Of a stretch of 42,127 bases of DNA, positions 35,460 through 42,127 are shown piece after piece (the first letter of the stretch is position 1; every line of letters starts with the position of its first letter). Under the pieces are notes generated by a model. That model was given only the letters and a program-made list of their open reading frames with translations. It was not told where the DNA came from and ran no database searches. Made by a program: the position numbers and the translations under genes. Source of the DNA: Candidatus Aegiribacteria sp. (GTDB taxonomy: Bacteria; Fermentibacterota; Fermentibacteria; Fermentibacterales; JCC-6). The stretch covers positions 1 to 42,127 of the forward strand of contig JAWOBF010000013.1 in the NCBI GenBank assembly GCA_046498225.1, read 5' to 3'.

Positions 35460-36140
35460 TTACTCCTTACCTGATTCGGGGGCCTCTTCTTCCTCTCCCT
35501 CAGGTGTTTCTTCCGTCTCCTCCATGCCCTCTTCACCTTCAAGGAGTTCCTCCTCGGCCTCCTCGGCCACTTCAACCTTGGCGACACTGGGCGCCACCAC
35601 GGATGCGACCACCAGGTCGCCCTCCATGTCCAGGGTCATTCCCCCGGGAAGGGTAATATCCGAGAGATGGATAGAATCTCCCACGTCCAGGTCCTGGACG
35701 TCCACCGATATCTCATGCGGTATGTCCCGGGCGCGCACCTTGATGTATATCTCATGCAGGGCATGCTCCAGCACTCCGCCCATCTTGACGCCCACGGGAA
35801 TGTTCTCGAGGTGCAGGTGAACGGGAATAGACACTATCTGGTCGGCGGACACCCTGAGGAAATCGATGTGGACCGGCCGGTCCGTGAGTATGTCCCACTG
35901 AACGTCCTTGACTATGGCGGTCACCGGTGATTTGCGTCCCATCTTCAGGTCAATCATTCCGGTGGAGGTGGAGAATCCAACCGTGTCCATGAATGCCTTC
36001 TCGGATACTTCCACGGTCAGTTCACCGCCTCCCCTGCCGTAGACCACGGCCGGGACTTTTCCCGCCCTTCTGAGCCGCCTGGCGACCCGGGAGCCGAAAA
36101 TTGTCCTCTCGGCTATCTCGAGTACTTTCTTCTCTGGCAT
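35460..36140 (-). CDS. rplY: 50S ribosomal protein bL25/Ctc
   Basis: Start MPEKK after GAAAGGA; RRLRRAGKVPAVVYG, HIDF, GVKMGG; acidic tail. Confidence 0.95.
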   Translation of the reverse strand: MPEKKVLEIAERTIFGSRVARRLRRAGKVPAVVYGRGGGELTVEVSEKAFMDTVGFSTSTGMIDLKMGRKSPVTAIVKDVQWDILTDRPVHIDFLRVSADQIVSIPVHLHLENIPVGVKMGGVLEHALHEIYIKVRARDIPHEISVDVQDLDVGDSIHLSDITLPGGMTLDMEGDLVVASVVAPSVAKVEVAEEAEEELLEGEEGMEETEETPEGEEEEAPESGKE

Positions 36141-36204
36141 TACTATATCCTTTCTTCCATAATGCACCGCGGGAAAGCCGCCGTGTCCCTCTCGATGCAT
36201 GCGA

Positions 36205-36279
36205 TGGCTGGGGCGGGAGGATTCGAACCCCCAATGCAGGGACCAAAACCCTGTGTCTTAACCATTTGACGACGCCCCA
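36205..36279 (-). tRNA. tRNA-Gln(UUG) with encoded CCA
   Basis: TGGGGCG acceptor stem, anticodon arm CAGGG-TTTTGGT-CCCTG, T-arm GGTTCGAATCC, 3' GCCA. Confidence 0.96.
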
Positions 36280-37130
36280 GCAGTATCTGCCGTTCTGCAG
36301 ATGGAGTGTTTCCACCGCAGTTCCTCTGAGAAATCACATGCCTCATCTTCACTGTGGAAGAGTGCGTAGAATGTCGGCCCGGACCCGGAGAGTCCCCAGC
36401 TTCCGTGCCGGCTGTCCCGCATGTACCGCGCCACTTCCGCGATTGCTGGAATGCGTTTCTCGAGCAGGGGAAGGAAGTCGTTCCGCAGGTCGTGCGGAAA
36501 AGGCTTACCCTCATGCCATACTGCTGACGAGGCTGAATCATGCTTCATCATGTTACTGTTTGTCAAGTAGGTATCGGCTGTTTCGTCCCACAGGGAGTAG
36601 GCCCGCGGCGTGGATACGCGGACCGGGGGATGGATGAGTACGGCATGGAACGGGACCGTGGGAATCTTCGACACCCTCTCCCCCCTTCCCTCCACTCTCG
36701 CCGACCCGCCGCTGATGAAGAAGGGGACGTCGCTCCCAAGCTCCGCCGCTGCTTCAAGCAGTCCCGTCCCTCCCCTTCCCGTCAGCGTGGAAAGGCCTCG
36801 AAGCACGCAGGCGGCATCGCTGCTGCCTCCTCCTAGACCTGCCTCTACAGGTATGCGCTTTTCCAGCCGAATGTCCACGTCAAGCTCCGCTCCGGTCATA
36901 TCCAGGAAGCGCCGGGCCGCCTTCCACGCCAGGTTGTCCTGCCCTTCCGGCAGGTCACCGGAGCATTCCAGATGTATCCTTCCCTCTCCTGGAGTGGCGG
37001 ATATATCCAGTAAATCGCAGAGAGAAACCTCCTGAAAAACGCTGCTGATATCGTGATAGCCGTCCTCCCTGGCGCCAAGTACGCGAAGTCCCAGATTTAT
37101 CTTGGCCCCGGCCCTCAGTGTAAGTCTCAC
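36258..37130 (-). CDS. ispE: 4-diphosphocytidyl-2-C-methyl-D-erythritol kinase
   Basis: GTG start in a GTGA overlap; AKINLGL, GYHDI, KRIPVEAGLGGGSSDAA, LGSDVPFF, LSGSGPT. Confidence 0.95.
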   Translation of the reverse strand: MRLTLRAGAKINLGLRVLGAREDGYHDISSVFQEVSLCDLLDISATPGEGRIHLECSGDLPEGQDNLAWKAARRFLDMTGAELDVDIRLEKRIPVEAGLGGGSSDAACVLRGLSTLTGRGGTGLLEAAAELGSDVPFFISGGSARVEGRGERVSKIPTVPFHAVLIHPPVRVSTPRAYSLWDETADTYLTNSNMMKHDSASSAVWHEGKPFPHDLRNDFLPLLEKRIPAIAEVARYMRDSRHGSWGLSGSGPTFYALFHSEDEACDFSEELRWKHSICRTADTAGASSNG

Positions 37131-38038
37131 ACCTGCAGGCTGCCGGGGAAGAGAGTGATGGCCAGGGCGACGGATACCACCCACAGCAGAATGTTTATAA
37201 GCAGGGGTCTGTCGCTCAGCAGAAGGCGGTCGGGACTTCCCCCGTATCCTCTGACATGGATGAGGTAGAGATATCTGAACACTCCGTAGGTGACGAAGGG
37301 TATGGTGAGCCACAGCTTGGTGGATACCAGCTCCATGGTCCTGTCGCTGATGGAATAGATGGAATAGCCGATTATGCTGGCTGCCGTTGCTATTCCCATC
37401 ATCTCGTCCAGAAGTGGAACGCTGTACTCCTCGAGGTTCCTCCTGTGTCCGGAAGCCCCCTCGCCCAGGGCCAGCACCTCGGACCTCCTCTTGGCGAAGG
37501 CCAGGAACATGGCCAGGAAGAAGGTGCAGAGTATAAGCCAGTGGGAGATGGATACGTCCGTGTATCCGGTGTCCATGGCCAGGGTAACACCGGCCAGGGC
37601 CCTCAGAACGAAGCCGGAGGCTATTATCAGAACATCCAGAATGACCGCGTGCTTGAGCCGGAAGGAGTAGAAAAGCTGAACTAGCAGGTATATGGTAAGG
37701 ACAAGGGCATATGTTGGCGCAAGGGTCCATGATGCCGTCAGAACGATAACCGCAAGCGCGGCGGCCGCGAAGGCGGCCGCGGGAACCGAAAGCCGACCCG
37801 ATGCGATGGGCCGGTGCATCTTCTCCGGATGGTGAACATCCCTCTTCCTGTCGGCTATGTCGTTGGTTATGTAGACCGAGCTGGACAGGAGGCAGAAGCC
37901 GAGGGCGCCAAGTGCCGTGATACCCAGTGCCCTGGGATTGCTCCAGTGGTCGGCGAACAGTATCCCGGCGAACACGAACAGGTTCTTGGTCCAGGACCTG
38001 ACCCGCAGGCTGAGCAGAAGAGCGGTAACTTTTTCCAT
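37127..38038 (-). CDS. UbiA-family prenyltransferase (decaprenyl-phosphate phosphoribosyltransferase-like)
   Basis: LR..SWTKNLFVF, NDIADRKRDVHHPEK..RPIASG, YSFRLKH and AKRRSE motifs; start reassigned to MEKV. Confidence 0.9.
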   Translation of the reverse strand: MEKVTALLLSLRVRSWTKNLFVFAGILFADHWSNPRALGITALGALGFCLLSSSVYITNDIADRKRDVHHPEKMHRPIASGRLSVPAAAFAAAALAVIVLTASWTLAPTYALVLTIYLLVQLFYSFRLKHAVILDVLIIASGFVLRALAGVTLAMDTGYTDVSISHWLILCTFFLAMFLAFAKRRSEVLALGEGASGHRRNLEEYSVPLLDEMMGIATAASIIGYSIYSISDRTMELVSTKLWLTIPFVTYGVFRYLYLIHVRGYGGSPDRLLLSDRPLLINILLWVVSVALAITLFPGSLQV

Positions 38039-38268
38039 AAACGGTATAATAACGGATGCATGGGTCGTAAAACAGCCAAATGCCACATTTTCGTGCCAGG
38101 CGCCGAATATGCGTTTCCGGCGTGTTGTTCCCTGCGGGATTTTATATATTACCGCTGCCATGGCCTGGAATATCTTGACGCCATGACTCGCGCATTACGG
38201 GTTGATCAAAATTTCATTTCAGTTCATCCGAATCTCACGGTACCGTTACCGGAAGCTGAAAGGAATCC

Positions 38269-40329
38269 ATGCGGAACCTGCTTCTTCTTCTCCTCTGCCT
38301 TCTCGCTGTTCTTCATGCTGAGGATTACGTTGTCGAGGAGTACGGCAACTCCCAGACAGGCGGCATAGAGACCGTTCTCGAGGACCAGCTCATGGTCAGG
38401 GTACTGGACGCAGACGGAAGACCCGAGGGTGGAGTTCCGGTTGAGTTCGAGGTTCATTCCGACGGCGGTTCCATAGCCTATCCGTTCACCGGTCTCGAAC
38501 CGCTGATAATAGAGGGAGACACGGCCACCGGCGATTTCTCGGCGGTGAGGCTTCTCACGGACGGTGAGGGCTTCGCCGGGATATCCCTGAAGCTGGGGGA
38601 CGAGACCAGCAACAATACCGTGGACGCCAGGGTCATACTGGAAGACGGCGGCGAGGAGAGGGTTCATTTCTCCGCCCTGGCGGTGGACCTGAAGAGCATA
38701 ATCTTCCAGATAATCGGAGGACTGGCCATCTTCCTCCTGGGGATGAAACTGATGTCCGAATCCCTGCAGACCGTGGCCGGGAACAACCTCCGCAGCATCC
38801 TCAAGAAGCTGACCAGCAACAGGGTGCTTGGGCTGATGGCAGGCGCCATGATGACCGCCGCCATTCAGAGTTCCAGCGCCACATCGGTAATAGCGGTCAG
38901 CTTCGTGAATTCCGGCCTTATGGTCCTGCGGCAGGCGGTCGGGGTCATAATCGGCGCGAATATTGGTACCACCATCACCGGCCAGCTGATAGCCTTCAAG
39001 ATAACCAGCTACGCCTTTCCCATCATCGCTCTCGGCTTTGGCATGTTCGCCTTCGCCAGGACCCGGCGGAATCAGTTCTGGGGAAGGGCCATCCTGGGCC
39101 TGGGCCTCATCTTCCTGGGAATGACACTGATGAAGGATATCCTGGGACCGCTGAAGACCAGCATGGCCGTGAAGACCTTCTTCACCAGCTTCAGCACCAA
39201 TCCCATGCTGGCGGTGTTCGCCGGGACGGTACTGACTTCCCTGATACAGAGCTCCAGCGCTACGGTCGGCCTTACCATGACCCTTGCCGGCGCAGGCCTC
39301 ATAGACCTTCAGGGAGCGTTTTACCTGGTGCTGGGCGATAACATAGGAACAACGGTAACGGCCCAGCTCTCGGCCATAGGGGCCAGCAGGACCGCGCGGC
39401 AGGCGGCTATGGCGCATACCCTTTTCAATGTTCTGGGGGCGCTCTACATGGGGCTGCTTATCTCGAGCAGCGACGGTTTCATTCTGAACTTCGTGAGGTC
39501 CACCTCCGGAGATCCGCTGAGACAGGTGGCAAACGCCCACAGCATGTTCAACCTGTTCAACGCCCTGGTGTTCCTGCCCCTGGTGCCGCTGCTCACGAGG
39601 CTGTGCAGGATCATCATTCCTGACAGCGTGAAGACGCAGTCCGAAGAGGTGGAGCTGATGCTGGACGAGAACCTGCTGGACTCACCCGCCCTGGCCATCG
39701 ATAACATCGAGCGTGAAGTGGTCAAGATGGCGGCCTACGCCGAGGAAACAGTGAAGGGAGCCATATCCTGCTTCTTCCGGGGTCTTCCGAAACAGGGCAC
39801 CATAATGACCATGGAGGACAAGGTGGACTACATGCAGCGGGACCTGACCATCTACGCTTCCAAGGTCTTTCAGAGGGACCTGGACCAGGACCAGTCCCTG
39901 AAACTGCCTGTCATAATCCACACCATCAACGACCTGGAACGGATCTCGGATCATGCGGTGAACATCGTGGAGGCGCGGGGAAGGGTCTCCGGAGTGCTTG
40001 ATGTCGAGCCTGACCTGCTGGGAGGGTCTGCCGTCAAGGCCTCCGAGATAGTGATCAGGATGCTCGAGAGCACCAGGATTTCCCTGGAGATGCATGACCG
40101 TGAGGCGTCCGAAGCGGTTCTGGCCATGGAAGCAAGGCTGAACAATCTGGAGGAAGACGCCAGGCAGAAGTACACCGACTGTCTGACCATACAGGGCAAC
40201 GACGGTCTGCAGCGGCTGGCCCTGCTGGATTTCGCCGATTACTGCGAACGGATAGGCGATCACCTTACAAACATAGCGCAATCCCTCCTGGGCGGCGGAG
40301 TATGGCATGGAACCGACGACCTTACATGA
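38269..40329 (+). CDS. Na+/Pi cotransporter (NptA/SLC34 type) with PhoU-like tail and N-terminal Ig-like domain
   Basis: Two QSSSAT repeats, GANIGTT/GDNIGTT, ANAH, and LERISDH/ERIGDH PhoU-like motifs. Confidence 0.92.
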   Translation: MRNLLLLLLCLLAVLHAEDYVVEEYGNSQTGGIETVLEDQLMVRVLDADGRPEGGVPVEFEVHSDGGSIAYPFTGLEPLIIEGDTATGDFSAVRLLTDGEGFAGISLKLGDETSNNTVDARVILEDGGEERVHFSALAVDLKSIIFQIIGGLAIFLLGMKLMSESLQTVAGNNLRSILKKLTSNRVLGLMAGAMMTAAIQSSSATSVIAVSFVNSGLMVLRQAVGVIIGANIGTTITGQLIAFKITSYAFPIIALGFGMFAFARTRRNQFWGRAILGLGLIFLGMTLMKDILGPLKTSMAVKTFFTSFSTNPMLAVFAGTVLTSLIQSSSATVGLTMTLAGAGLIDLQGAFYLVLGDNIGTTVTAQLSAIGASRTARQAAMAHTLFNVLGALYMGLLISSSDGFILNFVRSTSGDPLRQVANAHSMFNLFNALVFLPLVPLLTRLCRIIIPDSVKTQSEEVELMLDENLLDSPALAIDNIEREVVKMAAYAEETVKGAISCFFRGLPKQGTIMTMEDKVDYMQRDLTIYASKVFQRDLDQDQSLKLPVIIHTINDLERISDHAVNIVEARGRVSGVLDVEPDLLGGSAVKASEIVIRMLESTRISLEMHDREASEAVLAMEARLNNLEEDARQKYTDCLTIQGNDGLQRLALLDFADYCERIGDHLTNIAQSLLGGGVWHGTDDLT

Positions 40330-40389
40330 TCCCGGAAGCCGGCGTGAGTTGACAATGGCGGATCGGGTTGAGAGATTTATCAAGTTATG

Positions 40390-40415
40390 TCCGGTCAATG
40401 ATGACCGGAGTTTTT
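40390..40415 (+). terminator. Intrinsic terminator or attenuator hairpin
   Basis: TCCGGTCA-ATGA-TGACCGGA followed by GTTTTT. Confidence 0.65.
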
Positions 40416-40500
40416 GCAGATGGGAGAGGCCGAACCGCTGCCAGACCGGTTCGCTGTTGCTTTCCCGCAAGCAGCAATCCTCTTGCGGAAAGGACGACAG

Positions 40501-41826
40501 ATGAGCAAGATAAGAACCTTGATCCTCGGCGCCGCCGGGCGCGATTTTCACAACTTCAATGTGGTGTACCGGAACAACCCGGACTACAATGTGGTGGCCT
40601 TCACCGCCACCCAGATACCCGATATCGATGACAGGAAGTATCCGGCCCAGCTGGCCGGTGAACTCTACCCTGACGGTATACCCATCATGGCGGAGGAGGA
40701 GCTGGAGAACATCATACGGGAAGATAACATAGATCTCTGCGTCATGTCCTACAGCGACCTTTCGGACAATACGGTGATGGAGCTCTGTTCCCGGGTCAAC
40801 GCCGCCGGAGCGGATTTCACTCTGCTGAGTGCGGAGAAAACCATGATCGAAAGCTCCAAACCGGTCATAGCCGTTTGCGCCGTAAGGACCGGCTGCGGCA
40901 AGAGCCAGACCACCAGAAGGGTCATCGATATTCTTCAGAAGGCGGGCAGGAAGGTCGTGGCCATTCGGCACCCCATGCCCTACGGCGACCTGGTGGCCCA
41001 GAAGGTCCAGAGGTTCGAGACTATTGAGGACCTCAAGAAACATGACTGCACCATCGAGGAGATGGAGGAGTACGAGCCTCACATCAGGCGGGGCAACGTG
41101 ATATACGCGGGAGTGGACTACGAGGCAATACTGCGGGAGGCGGAGAAGGAGGCGGACATCATCCTATGGGACGGCGGCAACAATGATACCTCCTTCTACA
41201 GACCCGACCTCACCATAACCGTGGTCGATCCTCACAGGCCCGGTCACGAGATATCCTACTACCCGGGCCAGACGAACCTGAGGCTTGCGGACGCGGTGGT
41301 GATAAACAAGATAGACAGCGCCTACCCCGACGATGTGGACATTGTGAGAGGGAACATCAGAGCGGTGAATCCGTCTGCGGTAATAGTGGACGCAGCCAGC
41401 CCTCTCACCGTGGATGACCCTTCGCTGATAACCGGCGCCCGGGTACTGGTGGTGGAGGACGGTCCGACGCTCACCCACGGAGACATGGAGTACGGGGCGG
41501 GATTCGTGGCCGCCGAGAAGTTCGGAGCGGCGGATTATACCGATCCGCGCCCCTTCGCGGTGGGCACCATCATCGATACCTTCGAAAAGTACTACGCCGA
41601 CCGGGAGGAGGCTTTCATCCTGCCCGCCATGGGCTACGGTGAGGACCAGATGAAAGACCTGCAGCAGACCATAAATGCTTCCGACTGTGACACTGTCATC
41701 ATAGCCACCCCCATCGATCTCACACGGGTGATAAAGATAAACAAGCCGGTGGTCAGAGTGGGTTACGAATTGCAGGAGATAGGGAAGCCGGACCTTCCCG
41801 AGGTCTTGAAGCCTTTCTCGGACTAA
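40501..41826 (+). CDS. COG2403 P-loop NTPase (cyclic 2,3-diphosphoglycerate synthetase-like family)
   Basis: Start MSKIRT after GAAAGGA; GAAGRDFHNFN, AVRTGCGKSQT, RHPMPYG, TIEE.EEYEPH, WDGGNND, VEDGPTLTHG. Confidence 0.9.
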   Translation: MSKIRTLILGAAGRDFHNFNVVYRNNPDYNVVAFTATQIPDIDDRKYPAQLAGELYPDGIPIMAEEELENIIREDNIDLCVMSYSDLSDNTVMELCSRVNAAGADFTLLSAEKTMIESSKPVIAVCAVRTGCGKSQTTRRVIDILQKAGRKVVAIRHPMPYGDLVAQKVQRFETIEDLKKHDCTIEEMEEYEPHIRRGNVIYAGVDYEAILREAEKEADIILWDGGNNDTSFYRPDLTITVVDPHRPGHEISYYPGQTNLRLADAVVINKIDSAYPDDVDIVRGNIRAVNPSAVIVDAASPLTVDDPSLITGARVLVVEDGPTLTHGDMEYGAGFVAAEKFGAADYTDPRPFAVGTIIDTFEKYYADREEAFILPAMGYGEDQMKDLQQTINASDCDTVIIATPIDLTRVIKINKPVVRVGYELQEIGKPDLPEVLKPFSD

Positions 41827-41851
41827 CTGGAACGGAAAATTGTCTTACCAT

Positions 41852-41884
41852 GCAGAGGGCAGGATGAACATCCTGCCTTTCTGC
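41852..41884 (+). terminator. Hairpin or terminator
   Basis: GGCAGGATG-AA-CATCCTGCC followed by TTTCT. Confidence 0.55.
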
Positions 41885-41931
41885 GCAATCGCTTGTTTAC
41901 CTGTGCAATAGATAAGGGAGGTACAGGTTCA

Positions 41932-42127
41932 ATGGCTAAAGAATCCTCACCTGCCGAGAAAGCCACCGCCGCCGGGAAGAAGAGCGGCGGTAAGGTGGAG
42001 GAGAAGAGAAGTCCAAAGAGCGGGGGCGGAGAGCAGCCCTCCTCCTTCGTACACGTTTTTCCCGAATGGTGCAAGGGATGTGCCATCTGTGTCGCCTTCT
42101 GCCCTACGGGAGTCCTTGAGATGAAGG
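41932..42127 (+). CDS. 4Fe-4S ferredoxin-like protein, possibly 2-oxoacid:ferredoxin oxidoreductase delta subunit (partial)
   Basis: Not in the ORF track; GGGAGGT RBS; hand translation MAKESSPAEK...WCKGCAICVAFCPTGVLEMK (CxxCxxCxxxCP). Confidence 0.85.
   Translation, partial: MAKESSPAEKATAAGKKSGGKVEEKRSPKSGGGEQPSSFVHVFPEWCKGCAICVAFCPTGVLEMK

Noticed and set aside
36180..36300. Integrative element at tRNA-Gln
   Set aside because: Flanked by housekeeping genes; no integrase or duplicated tRNA 3' end was seen.
5637..37730. Extended ORF-track starts at 5637, 9900, 20444, 31137, 36200 and 37730 (also 38161 and 40414)
   Set aside because: Downstream starts have an RBS, translational coupling or signal peptide and match family N-termini.
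3141..41478. Many long antisense or overlapping ORFs (e.g. 3141-4193, 4429-5655, 10032-11570, 16003-17280, 38224-39540, 39682-41082)
   Set aside because: Shadow frames of GC3-biased real genes; they carry no recognisable motifs.
1..42127. CRISPR arrays, IS elements, prophage, rRNA
   Set aside because: No spaced repeats, transposase, integrase, phage or rRNA signatures were seen by eye.

Overview
A GC-rich, gene-dense chromosomal window from a diderm, probably anaerobic bacterium. T9SS/FlgD-type C-terminal domains, a PorV-like barrel, GWxTD proteins and Bacteroidota-style ExbD suggest an FCB-superphylum candidate lineage (inference). No mobile elements or CRISPR were seen. From left to right: (1) a minus-strand operon of cysteine hydrolase, FAD oxidoreductase and RlmN-like radical SAM, next to a probable gene remnant; (2) gcvT-H-PA-PB running directly into an uncharacterised 8-gene module (GlmL/MutL-like ASKHA ATPase with no mutase, a nested barrel-sandwich-hybrid/KOW protein, a DUF6754 membrane protein and further membrane proteins), the best candidate for an undescribed system; (3) a ~15-kb TonB-dependent uptake locus without SusD (receptor, ExbB, two ExbD, TonB, CTD-bearing partner, PorV-like barrel, two GWxTD proteins, an apparently dead gluzincin-like cargo and a TPR lipoprotein); (4) housekeeping genes: TolB-like lipoprotein, murA with Cys->Asp, ExoX-like exonuclease, Met-rich lipoprotein, pth, rplY, tRNA-Gln, ispE and a UbiA-family transferase; (5) an Ig-fused Na+/Pi symporter, a COG2403 P-loop enzyme behind a structured leader, and a partial 4Fe-4S protein. 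All family calls are from motif recognition only; no database searches were run.
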